From assembly GCA_964491115.1 (NCBI GenBank), contig CAZBEW010000002.1, positions 64,062 through 128,061 of the forward strand: a stretch of 64,000 nt of DNA, read 5' to 3'. The stretch's first letter is position 1. Each line of letters opens with the position of its first letter. The stretch is from an uncultured Pseudomonadales bacterium (GTDB lineage Bacteria > Patescibacteriota > Microgenomatia > UBA1400 > PJMF01). Both the position numbers and the translations under genes were made by a program. The notes beneath the pieces are model-generated. The model made no database searches and was not told the origin of the DNA. It saw only the letters and a program-made list of their open reading frames with translations. Below are positions 46,605-56,126 of the stretch, in pieces.

Positions 46605-47669
46605 TTAAAATTGTTCTAAAAATTCTTGATTACCCGAATAAAATAAGCGAATGTCATCGATGTTTAAATCTTGTTTAAGGGTGTAACTGCGCTCAACTCC
46701 CCAGCCAAAAGCAAAACCGCGATATTTATTGCTATCAATGCCGCCTGCTTTTAAGACATTGGGATGCACCATACCTGCCCCACCCACTTCATGCCAGCCA
46801 GACTTACAAAAACGGCAATTTATTTTGTGATTATGCTCGTCTTTAATGTAGCCGGTGCCATGGCAAATATGACAGCTAAAATCGACTTCAAAAGATGGCT
46901 CAGTAAATTTAAAATGAAATGGTCGAATGCGACTTTTGGTTTTGGGACCAAAAAATTCTTTGGCAAAATAATCGATTGTGCCTTTTAGATGTTGAATATT
47001 AATGTCTTGATCAATGACTAAACCCTCAAACTGATGAAACATTTGGGTGTGAGTATTATCACTTTGACGTCGATAACAACGACTGATATTCATCATGCGA
47101 ATTGGCAATTGACCCTTAACTCGCTCCATTTCTCTTACTTGCCCATTTGAAGTATGGGTGGTGAGCACCATTTTGCCCAATCTTGGATCAGCTTTTTGAT
47201 CGACAAAAAAAGTTTCCCATTCATCGCGGGCCGGATGATTACTTGGCATATTGAGCGCTTGAAAGACGTAATAATCCCAATCCACTTCTGGATGACTAAC
47301 TCGAACAAAACCAATTCTTTCAAAAATTTGGCTAATTTCTTCAATTGCTTGGGAAACTGGATGTAAATGACCGACCTTGGTCTTAATTCCAGGCATACTC
47401 AAATCTTGATGAACTTGGTTTGTAAAATCTGGCTTTTGATAATCTGCCAGTTTTGATTCGAGTTTATTTTTTAATTGATTAAGCTCTCTGCCAAAATCTT
47501 TTTTTTCTTCTTTTGTTAAAACTTTAATTTGCGCAGCCAGTTGATTAAATAAGCCTTTTTTACCCAAATATTTAACTGCTAATTGTTGAGCATTTTGTTG
47601 ATTAATTTCTTGGAGAAATTGCTCAAACAAATCTTGACTTTGTGCCACTAAGTTTTGGTAAGCAGACAT
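46605..47669 (-). CDS. pheS: Phenylalanine--tRNA ligase alpha subunit with a CxxC...CxxC insertion
   Basis: 'FHQFEGLVID', 'FTEPSFEVD' and 'GFAFGWGVERS' class II motifs. The insert 'CHICHGTGYIKDEHNHKINCRFCKSGW' sits before motif 3. Confidence 0.9.
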   Translation of the reverse strand: MSAYQNLVAQSQDLFEQFLQEINQQNAQQLAVKYLGKKGLFNQLAAQIKVLTKEEKKDFGRELNQLKNKLESKLADYQKPDFTNQVHQDLSMPGIKTKVGHLHPVSQAIEEISQIFERIGFVRVSHPEVDWDYYVFQALNMPSNHPARDEWETFFVDQKADPRLGKMVLTTHTSNGQVREMERVKGQLPIRMMNISRCYRRQSDNTHTQMFHQFEGLVIDQDINIQHLKGTIDYFAKEFFGPKTKSRIRPFHFKFTEPSFEVDFSCHICHGTGYIKDEHNHKINCRFCKSGWHEVGGAGMVHPNVLKAGGIDSNKYRGFAFGWGVERSYTLKQDLNIDDIRLFYSGNQEFLEQF

Positions 47670-47748
47670 GTTTAATTTTCTTTCTAATCTTTCTTCTTAG
47701 TATTTTAGCAGTTTTTTTAGCTTTTTTCTCTTATTGTTAATTCTAAAA

Positions 47749-47775
47749 ACCCCGCTTTGTAGCGGGGTTTTTTTA
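47749..47775. terminator. Bidirectional-looking GC hairpin flanked by A-runs and T-runs, most likely the rplT terminator on the minus strand, separating rplT from pheST
   Basis: aaaaACCCCGCT-ttgt-AGCGGGGTttttttt. Confidence 0.6.
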
Positions 47776-47876
47776 CAAAATTGTAAAAACACTACCCCAC
47801 TCTCAAGCTAAAAAACTGTTGAGTAAAATAGTGTTGTTTGCTTGAGTTTGATAAATTCATGCTAACTTTGCTAATT

Positions 47877-48230
47877 TTATTTTTGTGCTTTAACCACAAT
47901 TTCTTTGAAAGTGTCAAAGTCGCTAACAGCTAATTCACTCAAAACTTTACGATTAAGAGCAATGTCAGCTTTTTTTAGATTATTAATAAATCGTGAATAA
48001 TTAAATTGTTGATTGATTTGGTGCAAACCAGCATTAATCCGCATAATCCACAGCTTACGCATGTCTCGTTTACGTAATTTACGACCGATATAGGCGTATT
48101 GACCAGAGTGAAGTAAAGCTTCTTTGGCTCTTTTGTACAAACGACTATTAGCTCCACGAAAACCCTTGGTTAACTTTAACACTTTTTTATGGCGACGATG
48201 TCTAACAGTACCAGTTTTTGTTCTTGACAT
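47877..48230 (-). CDS. rplT: 50S ribosomal protein L20
   Basis: The 'MSRTKTGTVRHRRHKKVLKLTKGFRG' canonical N-terminus. Confidence 0.9.
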   Translation of the reverse strand: MSRTKTGTVRHRRHKKVLKLTKGFRGANSRLYKRAKEALLHSGQYAYIGRKLRKRDMRKLWIMRINAGLHQINQQFNYSRFINNLKKADIALNRKVLSELAVSDFDTFKEIVVKAQK

Positions 48231-48256
48231 AATAACTTTCTGACAAATTAATTAAG

Positions 48257-48460
48257 TTAATTAAGACCGAGCATCCTTTTAATTTTTAATGCGTAAGGGC
48301 CCTTAACTTCAACGGGGATACGATAACTGCGGATAGCTTTTTTACTTTTGTTTCTACGTAAATGACGACGATTTTGAATACGTCGCATCACTTTTCCAGT
48401 GCCGGTAATATGAAAACGACGGGCCACGCCTTTTCTAGTTTTAACTTTAATTTTTTTCAT
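48257..48460 (-). CDS. rpmI: 50S ribosomal protein L35
   Basis: 'MKKIKVKTRKGVARRF' and position in the conserved infC-rpmI-rplT operon. Confidence 0.85.
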   Translation of the reverse strand: MKKIKVKTRKGVARRFHITGTGKVMRRIQNRRHLRRNKSKKAIRSYRIPVEVKGPYALKIKRMLGLN

Positions 48461-49025
48461 GACTATCCTTGTTTTTGTTTTCTTTGCCCAGTGGCGCTAA
48501 TTGAGCTTGTAGCTTTTTGCCAATCAGGCGAGGCTCAATTTCGAGTTTTGCTAAATCTTGACAATCTTCAACGATTCTCGCAAAAACTTCATAACCGGTT
48601 TTTTTATGAGTGATTTGTCGACCTTTAAAGAAAAGAGTAATTTTTACCTTGTGACCCTTGGTCAAAAATTCTCTTAACTGTTTTAATCTGGTTTGATAAT
48701 CACCCTCACCGATTACTGGTGAGAAACGCAATTCTTTTAGATCTTGAATTTTCGATTTTTTACGATTATCAGCTTCTTTCTTTTTTAACTGATACTTGTA
48801 TTTCGACAATTCAATAATCTTGACAATGGGCGGTTGAGATTTTTCAGTAACTAATACCAAATCTTTACCTTCGTCCATGGCTCTCACAAAAGCCTCTCTA
48901 GACGACATGATACCCATCATCTCACCATGTTCTGTTAAAACGCGCACCTCTGGAAAACGAATGTTAGCATTCGCTTTCACAAATAAGTTATCTTTTATAT
49001 GTTTGTTATATTTTTTTCTAATCAC
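48447..49025 (-). CDS. infC: Translation initiation factor IF-3
   Basis: 'VRVLTEHGEMMGIMSSREAFVRAMDEGKDLVLV' N-domain and a C-domain with 'KGRQITHKKTGYEVFARIVEDCQDLAKLE'. The gene lies upstream of rpmI-rplT. Confidence 0.85.
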   Translation of the reverse strand: MIRKKYNKHIKDNLFVKANANIRFPEVRVLTEHGEMMGIMSSREAFVRAMDEGKDLVLVTEKSQPPIVKIIELSKYKYQLKKKEADNRKKSKIQDLKELRFSPVIGEGDYQTRLKQLREFLTKGHKVKITLFFKGRQITHKKTGYEVFARIVEDCQDLAKLEIEPRLIGKKLQAQLAPLGKENKNKDSHEKN

Positions 49026-49156
49026 CTGAGGTTAAGAATTATACTATAAATTAAACAAAAAACTAGTAAGCAATCTCTGGCAGAGATTAGCAGTACTTGG
49101 TCTTCTCTAAATTTCCTTAATGATTATAGCATGAATTTTTTAGCAAAAAAAACAGA

Positions 49157-49185
49157 TTGATTTGCCTACTATCATCAAGTATAAT
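49157..49185 (+). promoter_or_regulatory. Consensus sigma-70-type promoter (TTGATT-17 nt-TATAAT) about 18 nt upstream of tRNA-Val
   Basis: Exact -10 hexamer and a 5/6 match to the -35 hexamer at a 17-nt spacing, read directly from the sequence. Confidence 0.5.
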
Positions 49186-49203
49186 GCAATTTGCTTCATG
49201 ATC

Positions 49204-49277
49204 GAGCTTGTAGCTCAGTTGGTTAGAGCGCTTCGTTGACATCGAAGAGGTCAGAGGTTCGAGTCCTCTCAAGCTCA
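49204..49277 (+). tRNA. tRNA-Val (anticodon GAC)
   Basis: Cloverleaf folds by hand: acceptor stem GAGCTTG/CAAGCTC; D arm GCTC-AGTTGGTTA-GAGC; anticodon stem-loop CTTCG-TTGACAT-CGAAG; T arm AGAGG-TTCGAGT-CCTCT; discriminator A. Confidence 0.85.
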
Positions 49278-49329
49278 CTTTTTAGTATTTTCAGTATTGA
49301 TAACTAGTCTGCCCTAGTAAGATGAGCTG

Positions 49330-49905
49330 ATGAGTGATGAAAAGATCAAACAAAAACAATTAGCTGTGCCAGCTAATTATTATTTTTTTGGTGATCCTGG
49401 TCGCGTTATTGATCGAGTCAACAACTTCCTGCAATTAGATAATGCGGATAGTACAGCAGATCAACGCTTAGCATTGGCCGCAGAAGTGCTGAATTTTTGT
49501 CCAGTGCCTTTTTTAGATGAATTAATTACCGCTCTTGATTTACAAACAAGAGAAAATTTCCTTAATTTAAGAAACAAAGCCAGTAAGAATGAAATAAATC
49601 TTAGGCATGAATATTATTTGAGTAAAGAAGAAGCAAACCAAGTTTCCGCTTTGGCACTACACTTATTAAGTGAAAAAATTATCAATAGTGAGGCTGAGGA
49701 AATTTTACCCATTCTGCGTTTTGTACAACAATACATCAAGGCGCAAGGTAAACTCCAGGAATTAACCAATTCAAATATTGATCAATTAAGTGCTGAAATC
49801 AGGCGATTGTCAGAGGAAATTGAAGAGGAAAAATCATCACTGGCGCAAGATCAAGCAAGCTTAGCTAGTGATTTTGCTTTGAAATTAAGTCAAGGGAATA
49901 TTTAG
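49330..49905 (+). CDS. Hypothetical protein, predicted alpha-helical with a coiled-coil C-terminus
   Basis: No recognisable motif. The C-terminal heptad pattern reads 'LSAEIRRLSEEIEEEKSSLAQDQASLAS'. It converges on the next gene with a 4-nt overlap. Confidence 0.4.
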   Translation: MSDEKIKQKQLAVPANYYFFGDPGRVIDRVNNFLQLDNADSTADQRLALAAEVLNFCPVPFLDELITALDLQTRENFLNLRNKASKNEINLRHEYYLSKEEANQVSALALHLLSEKIINSEAEEILPILRFVQQYIKAQGKLQELTNSNIDQLSAEIRRLSEEIEEEKSSLAQDQASLASDFALKLSQGNI

Positions 49906-50555
49906 CCGGCCGCGTTCGCGCCAAAATTTCTTTCACTATTCATGGCGTCATGAACACCTTTACTGCTTTTAAGGCTGAAAGCTGTACCTCGACCCTTTTT
50001 ACCCTTGCCAGCTACTTGATTCATCCAAGTCCGAGCGCTATTAACTTGTTCACGCAACAACATAATCCACTCGCGAAGTTTGTGAAAAAAATTAAAAAAG
50101 CCGATGCCGGTGGTACCAGGATCAACCACTTCTTGACTGAGAGCAAGATCGATGTCTTTATCTAGGTTGTTAATATCTTCAGCCAACATTTTTAATTCTT
50201 TTCTAGTTTCTTCTAGTTCTTTAATATTTTGCTCAGCCTGAGCGGCAAAAATCTCATGAGTTTCAACTGGATTGATGCGATCGTGCAATCTTTGGCGCAG
50301 CGCTTCTTTTTTTTGTTGTTGAACAAGCTCACTGCTCTGAATTCTTCGCTCATTATTATCTAGTGAAGAAAATATGTCTCCCCCACTTTGACTCAAGGCA
50401 CGCGCAAAAGCATCTAGCTGATCATGTTCACCATCGCTTGAGGGAACATAAGAATTAGCGTTTTTTTCGCTCTCTAAAAGAGCTCTGGCCAAATTTTGAT
50501 TTTGCCCAGCACTATTCCTCGCCGATGATTTATTATTTTGATTCAAGTTATTCAT
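49902..50555 (-). CDS. Hypothetical protein, Asn/Gln-rich N-terminus and coiled-coil core
   Basis: No recognisable motif. The region 'NIKELEETRKELKMLAEDINNLDKDIDLA' is coiled-coil-like. Confidence 0.4.
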   Translation of the reverse strand: MNNLNQNNKSSARNSAGQNQNLARALLESEKNANSYVPSSDGEHDQLDAFARALSQSGGDIFSSLDNNERRIQSSELVQQQKKEALRQRLHDRINPVETHEIFAAQAEQNIKELEETRKELKMLAEDINNLDKDIDLALSQEVVDPGTTGIGFFNFFHKLREWIMLLREQVNSARTWMNQVAGKGKKGRGTAFSLKSSKGVHDAMNSERNFGANAAG

Positions 50556-50680
50556 GATTGTAACGTGTTTAGCGAAAAGAACAATAAATACTAAAAGTAC
50601 TTATTAGATCAACTATATATTATAGGATCAAAATAGTACAAAGTCAAGTTTGTCCTCTGGAATCAGTAAAAATTAAGTGT

Positions 50681-51793
50681 TTAATCTTCTAATAAGCTAT
50701 TAATAGTTTGTTGACGCAATAATTGAGCCTTAAAACTATCAAGATAATGCTCATGTGCTGAAATTTGTTCGCGAAGTTTTTCGTCTTGAATATCAGCCAA
50801 GGCTTTTTGCAGATCTCGATCACTCACTTTTAACTGACGTTCCCTGGCAATTGCCGCTAAAACAAAATCAATTTGTAAGCGATTTAAGACTGTGCCAGCC
50901 AACTCATTGCTTAGTTCTTCTATGCTAAGCTGTCGCTGGGCTAAATATTTTTCAAGACTTAATTGATAGGCATCTAACTGTTCTCTGAATCTTTCAAATT
51001 CTGCTTGAGTTTCACGACGTAGTAAAAGCTCGCCAATACTTGGACGAATATTAATCACTAATTCTCGCAGAATGTGTTGGTAATAAATTTCCTTTTCTTG
51101 ATCTGGAGAGAGTTTTTCTGGAGCTTGTTTATTAGCCTCTGGCTCAGCTGAGGGAGTTTCTCCTGCATCTTTATTTTCTGCTTGCTCTGCTGTTTTTTTA
51201 GCTTTTGCCTCTGCTTGTTTGCTTTTTACCTCTGGTTTAGTTTCATTGTGTTTTTTGATAAATTCAGCAGCCGCTTTTTTAGCAGTTTTAATGTGCTTGT
51301 CATAATCTTTGAGATCAATTTGTGGAGCTTCACAAAAGTAAGCATCTATTACCCAATCTTCACCTTTTTTCAGTGACACCAAGTGATATTCTGGAGCAGT
51401 AATGGCTTGTTTTTTCTTTTCTTTTAAAGCTTCAATGTATTTGTTGGGTAAAATATCTTTGAGAATAATTTCTGCTGCTTTTTCTAAAGAAATTTGCTTT
51501 TCTGCGATAGCTAAAGGCACTTTTCCCTGGCGAAAGCCTTCAACTTTCATCTTTTTTGCTAGATCGCGAATGGTTTTTTGATAGGGCTGTTCAATTTCAG
51601 ACCAAGCAATATTAATTCGCAATTGATCATTAGGACTAATTAAAGAGGGTTTTTTTGCTTCTTTAGAGTTGGCACTAGCCTGCTCTTTTTTGCTTGTGCT
51701 GGCCTGTTTTTTGCTTGCATCAGCCTGTGATTTTTTTGCTTCTTTAGGGTTTACACTAGCTTGTTGTGCTTTTTTCGTTTTTGTCATAAGCAA
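50681..51793 (-). CDS. tig: Trigger factor homolog lacking the PPIase (FKBP) domain, with a Lys-rich N-terminal extension
   Basis: The ribosome-binding signature 'GFRQGKVP' lies within a TF N-domain-like region. The middle is replaced by K/A/E low-complexity sequence, followed by a TF C-domain-like helical region. Confidence 0.6.
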   Translation of the reverse strand: MLMTKTKKAQQASVNPKEAKKSQADASKKQASTSKKEQASANSKEAKKPSLISPNDQLRINIAWSEIEQPYQKTIRDLAKKMKVEGFRQGKVPLAIAEKQISLEKAAEIILKDILPNKYIEALKEKKKQAITAPEYHLVSLKKGEDWVIDAYFCEAPQIDLKDYDKHIKTAKKAAAEFIKKHNETKPEVKSKQAEAKAKKTAEQAENKDAGETPSAEPEANKQAPEKLSPDQEKEIYYQHILRELVINIRPSIGELLLRRETQAEFERFREQLDAYQLSLEKYLAQRQLSIEELSNELAGTVLNRLQIDFVLAAIARERQLKVSDRDLQKALADIQDEKLREQISAHEHYLDSFKAQLLRQQTINSLLED

Positions 51794-51862
51794 GCATTAT
51801 ACCTCATGATTTACCAGCTGGTTAGAGGGCTTGAAAAAGCTAGTCAAATTCGTGCTGCTTAA

Positions 51863-52912
51863 TTAAATTTTGCTTAATTGCTCCATTAAGCGACAGGTGT
51901 AGCCCCACTCATTATCGTACCAGGCGATTACCTTTAATAAATTGCCATCAATTAATTGTAAAAGTGGCAAATCTACCACCGCACTGTATTCACAAGCGAT
52001 AAAATCACTAGATACCAGCGGTTCCTCGCTCACTGCGACAATTCCTTGATATTTGCCCTGAGCGGCTTCAATAAAAGTTTGTTTAATATCTTCTAACTTA
52101 CTGTCTTTACTTAACACAAAAGTGATGTCAGAAATAGAGACAGTTGGAGTAGGTACCCGAATAGCTAGGCCGTCGAATTTACTCTTGAGGCTGGGGATAA
52201 TGTCAGCTGTGGCTTTGGCTGCTCCAGTCGAGGTTGGCACCAAATTAAGTGCTGCTGATCGAGCACGACGCAAATCTTTGTGGTGAGAATTGTCGTGCAA
52301 GTTTTGATCGCTGGTAAAAGAGTGAATAGTAGTTAAAATAGCTTTTTCGATGCCGAAATTATCTTGAATAATTTGTACAACTGGCGCGACACAATTGGTG
52401 GTACAAGAAGCGTTCGAAAAAATATTTTTACTTTGATCAATTTCATTGACGCCAATAACACCAGTGCTGATTAAATTATCTGGATCTTCTTTGCCTGGCG
52501 CAGAGAGTAAGACTTTTTTGGCACCAGCTTGCAAATGGAGAGCCGCTTTTTTAGCTTTTTCAAAAGCGCCGGTTGATTCTAAGACACTGTAGACTTCATA
52601 TTTTTCCCAGGGGATTTTAGCTGGATCACGTTCGGCAGTCACTAAAATTCTATGTTCGCCAACAATTAAATAACCAAGCTCAATTTCGCCATCAGCTAAG
52701 TCTTTAACTTTTTTTAACTCTTCAAAGCTAATTACTTCATTGAAGGTGCCATAAATACTGTCATATTTTAATAATTTAGCCCAGCCCTCCAAATCCATTG
52801 ATCCAGAAGTATTGATGACTTTGAGGTCTAAAACTTGACGATGTTTTGTAAACCATATTCTAAAAGCAAGACGACCAATTCGACCAAGGCCATTAATGGC
52901 AAAATTTTTCAT
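51863..52912 (-). CDS. gap: Glyceraldehyde-3-phosphate dehydrogenase
   Basis: 'INGLGRIGR' NAD-binding motif and the 'SNASCTTNC' active-site Cys. Confidence 0.9.
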   Translation of the reverse strand: MKNFAINGLGRIGRLAFRIWFTKHRQVLDLKVINTSGSMDLEGWAKLLKYDSIYGTFNEVISFEELKKVKDLADGEIELGYLIVGEHRILVTAERDPAKIPWEKYEVYSVLESTGAFEKAKKAALHLQAGAKKVLLSAPGKEDPDNLISTGVIGVNEIDQSKNIFSNASCTTNCVAPVVQIIQDNFGIEKAILTTIHSFTSDQNLHDNSHHKDLRRARSAALNLVPTSTGAAKATADIIPSLKSKFDGLAIRVPTPTVSISDITFVLSKDSKLEDIKQTFIEAAQGKYQGIVAVSEEPLVSSDFIACEYSAVVDLPLLQLIDGNLLKVIAWYDNEWGYTCRLMEQLSKI

Positions 52913-52932
52913 AGGCAGGCTCCTTATTCTTC

Positions 52933-53979
52933 TTATATTTTAGTAAATTTTTTCTTTAAGCGCAAGAATTTCCAGCGCAAAGCATCTCCTAAAGTGTACA
53001 ATTTATACATTGGATATTGATATACCAAATCATAAGTGCCAATGCTTTCAACTAATTGGCCACCGTAGCTACGCTTAAAACGATGAAAACCAAACCAGGG
53101 GTCTTTGGGATCTGGATTCGGTCCAAGTGCTCCCCACATATCAAAAAGTTGGCAATTATGTTTTTTGCCAAAGCGAATGGCTTCCCACATCATCAAATTA
53201 CTAGCCATCACTTCACGATGGCTACTACTTGAAGCGCCATAAGGATAATAAAGAACATTATTAAAAACGAAGACAATCCACACCACCAAGACTTGATTGT
53301 CATAGCTGGCTTTTAAAATATGCATGATGCCGCTATCTTTAAAAATTTGCCACATTTTGCGAAAATATTCTGGTGAATGGGCATAAAAAGCTTGTCTTTT
53401 GGTGGTCTCTTCTAGAATTTTAATGTAATCTTCCAAACCTTGTTCGCTGCTGTCTTCAACGACCTTCACTCCTTTTTTCATAGCCAAACGCGTGTTGTAA
53501 CGAGTTTTACTAGTCATTTTGTTCATTAACTCTTCTTCAGAAAGATTTAGATTTAAATGAAAGGTGAAAGGAGTAAATAAAGAACGCCCCTCCTCTATTT
53601 GATATTTTTTGAGAAATTTAACGCTAGGATGGTCGTCGTGTAGCTGATCTAAATCTTTAAGAACGGCTGGTTCTAATTTAATACAAATAGCCCGATGCTT
53701 TTCAGCCAATTGCTGCAAAGTACTCATTTGTTCTTCGTTTGGTGTTAAACCCTTGGGGAAATAACCAATGGTGTAATTAACAAAAGGCAATTTATGGAAG
53801 GTGACCGTCATCGCTTTTTGCAGTTTTCCTCCATCAAAGAAGCCAATGCGTTCCACCTCTAAACCGGTTTTTTTACGAAATTCTCCCCACTCATAGGATT
53901 GAATTGGGTGGTCAACCACACGGTTATAAATGTCTTTTTCTTCTGGTCTAATATTTCTGATTAACATATTTGTAGTCAT
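52933..53979 (-). CDS. FemAB-family aminoacyl-tRNA-dependent peptidoglycan peptidyltransferase (FemX-like)
   Basis: FemAB-like length and sequence features ('YEWGEFRKKTGLEVERIGFF' in the N-terminal acceptor region, a GNAT-like C-terminal half). Confidence 0.5.
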   Translation of the reverse strand: MTTNMLIRNIRPEEKDIYNRVVDHPIQSYEWGEFRKKTGLEVERIGFFDGGKLQKAMTVTFHKLPFVNYTIGYFPKGLTPNEEQMSTLQQLAEKHRAICIKLEPAVLKDLDQLHDDHPSVKFLKKYQIEEGRSLFTPFTFHLNLNLSEEELMNKMTSKTRYNTRLAMKKGVKVVEDSSEQGLEDYIKILEETTKRQAFYAHSPEYFRKMWQIFKDSGIMHILKASYDNQVLVVWIVFVFNNVLYYPYGASSSSHREVMASNLMMWEAIRFGKKHNCQLFDMWGALGPNPDPKDPWFGFHRFKRSYGGQLVESIGTYDLVYQYPMYKLYTLGDALRWKFLRLKKKFTKI

Positions 53980-54017
53980 TGATTATAGGAGAAAAAAGCT
54001 CGCTTGTCAGTAGGGCT

Positions 54018-56054
54018 TCAATCATTGATAAAATCTTTGATGTCTATTTCATCATTTAACAAGGCGTCTAACTGTTCTTCATCAATAATTAAGCGTCTTT
54101 TAGTATTTTTTATTACTGTAACTTTTTGTCGACGCTTTTTATAAGCATAATAATTTCCAGTTTGCATATCCTCATCAAAATGATGATGAACGCTTAACAA
54201 GCTGGTGTTAATTTCTCCAAGAAAACGACTGGGCAGATTTTGCTGGGCTCCGCCAAATTGATAACGATTACGAGCATAGCTAAAAATTAGTTGTTTTTTG
54301 GCACGGGTGATACCGACATAGCACAGTCGACGTTCTTCCTCTAGCTCTTCTTCATTAAGCATAGATCGACTGTGCGGCAACAAACCCTCTTCCATTCCGA
54401 CCATAAAAACAGTGTCAAATTCTAAACCTTTAGCCGAATGCAAACTCATCAGTTTAATGCCTTCGTAGTGTTGCTGATTTTGTTTTTCAGGTAGATAACC
54501 ATCTTGAACTAAAGCGACGTTTTCTAGAAAGACTTGACTATCCTCAAATAAACTAGCTACATTGAGCAATTCATCAATATTGTCTAAACGGCTGAGGTCA
54601 TCGGGGTTTTTTTTATCAAATTTATTGGTGTATTCGCTTACTTTAATGATTTCTTGCAAAGCTAAACTAGGATTATTTAAAATATTTTGCTCAGCTTTAA
54701 GCAACCACTCTTGAAAACGCATAAAGCGTCTTTTACCGAGCTTAATGACGCGATTCAAGCTTGGGCTATCAAGTTCGTTAAAACATAGGCGTAAATAGGC
54801 CAATAAATCTTTAATTTCTTTGCGTTGATAAAATTTTGTCCCACCAATAATTTGGTAAGGCAGTTGGTGACGAATTAAAGCTTCCTCCAGGGCTCGAGAC
54901 TGAGCATTAGTGCGATATAAAACCGCAATTTGATCTAAAGAATCAATAAATTCTTGCTTAATCAATTTGACGATTGTTTCAGCTTCTAATTCACCATTAC
55001 TGAGTTCGTGAACCTGGATTTTGTGTTCTTGATTTGTGTTGTTGGTCCATAATTTTAAAATTGGGTGTAGTTGGTTTTGTTGAATCAGCTGCGTGGCTGC
55101 ATCTAGAATATTCTGGGTGGAACGATAATTTTGCTCCAAATGATATTCTTTCAATTGAGGGAAATCGTTTTTTAATTGTTTTAGATTGCGATAATCCGCT
55201 CCGCGCCAAGCATAAATACTTTGTGAAAAATCCCCGACCGCAAATAATTCATTTTGTGGCTGAGCTAAAATTTTACTCAACAAATATTGGACTTTATTGC
55301 TGTCTTGAAATTCATCAATCAAAATGTATTTAAACTGAGTTTGGTAGTAGTGACGGACTGCCTCATTTTCCATTAATAATCGATAAGGCAGAATTAATAA
55401 ATCATCAAAATCTAGGGCATTTTCTTGTTGCAGCCGCCGTTCATAGCTTTGATAAAGTTTGGCAATCGTCTCATTAAAATCATTGTTGACGCCATCAAGA
55501 TACTCACTTGGACTCAGCAATTGATTTTTAATTTTACTGATTAGTGCCTGAACCAATGAAATTTTATATTTTTCTTGATCAAGATTTTTTTCTTTTAAAA
55601 TATTTTTTAATACCTGGAGTTGATCTTGATCGTCATAAATGGTGAATTGATTGCTAAAAACTCTTTTATTAATTTGTAACACCTGATTATTCTGGAGAGC
55701 TCGCTTAGTTTCTAAGCGTAATATTTTTGCTCCTAAACTATGAAATGTTCCAGAATAGCTTAGTTCCTGGCCACTGTATTCTAAAACTCGCCTTTTCATC
55801 TCGTTGGCAGCCTTGTTGGTGAAAGTTAGTAGCAACAGCTCATTGGCTTGAGCTAATCCTTCTTTAATCAGATAAACAGCCCGACTAGTTAAGACTCGAG
55901 TTTTGCCACTGCCAGCCCCTGCCAAAACAAGCGCAGGCCCAGTGCTGTGTAATACTGCTTGGCGTTGCTCATTATTTAGTTGGTCTAAGATCTCCTGACT
56001 CTCAAACATAGACTTCATCGTAACACAAAATTGCTGGTTTTTAATAAATGGCAA
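54018..56054 (-). CDS. pcrA: ATP-dependent DNA helicase PcrA/UvrD (SF1)
   Basis: 'LNNEQRQAVLHSTGPALVLAGAGSGKTRVLTSR' motif I, 'TFTNKAANEM' motif Ia, 'ILIDEFQDSN' motif II, 'LEQNYRST' motif IV and 'VGITRAK' motif VI. Confidence 0.9.
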   Translation of the reverse strand: MPFIKNQQFCVTMKSMFESQEILDQLNNEQRQAVLHSTGPALVLAGAGSGKTRVLTSRAVYLIKEGLAQANELLLLTFTNKAANEMKRRVLEYSGQELSYSGTFHSLGAKILRLETKRALQNNQVLQINKRVFSNQFTIYDDQDQLQVLKNILKEKNLDQEKYKISLVQALISKIKNQLLSPSEYLDGVNNDFNETIAKLYQSYERRLQQENALDFDDLLILPYRLLMENEAVRHYYQTQFKYILIDEFQDSNKVQYLLSKILAQPQNELFAVGDFSQSIYAWRGADYRNLKQLKNDFPQLKEYHLEQNYRSTQNILDAATQLIQQNQLHPILKLWTNNTNQEHKIQVHELSNGELEAETIVKLIKQEFIDSLDQIAVLYRTNAQSRALEEALIRHQLPYQIIGGTKFYQRKEIKDLLAYLRLCFNELDSPSLNRVIKLGKRRFMRFQEWLLKAEQNILNNPSLALQEIIKVSEYTNKFDKKNPDDLSRLDNIDELLNVASLFEDSQVFLENVALVQDGYLPEKQNQQHYEGIKLMSLHSAKGLEFDTVFMVGMEEGLLPHSRSMLNEEELEEERRLCYVGITRAKKQLIFSYARNRYQFGGAQQNLPSRFLGEINTSLLSVHHHFDEDMQTGNYYAYKKRRQKVTVIKNTKRRLIIDEEQLDALLNDEIDIKDFIND

Positions 56055-56126
56055 ATTGCTTTAAAGGGCAAAATGCTTCAAATGGCAAAAATTGCTTTGT
56101 GATCTGCTTTTGGCTAAAATAAAATT

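Noticed and set aside
46605-47669. PheS Cys4 insertion as a novel zinc ribbon
   Set aside because: From memory, a Cys4 zinc-binding insertion at the same position occurs in PheS of several Gram-positive lineages, so it is probably ancestral rather than new. It is kept only as a minor note within another finding.
47670-47876. T-box or attenuator leader upstream of pheST
   Set aside because: The leader between the hairpin at 47749-47775 and the pheS start is only about 80 nt. That is too short for a T-box, and no specifier or T-box consensus was visible.
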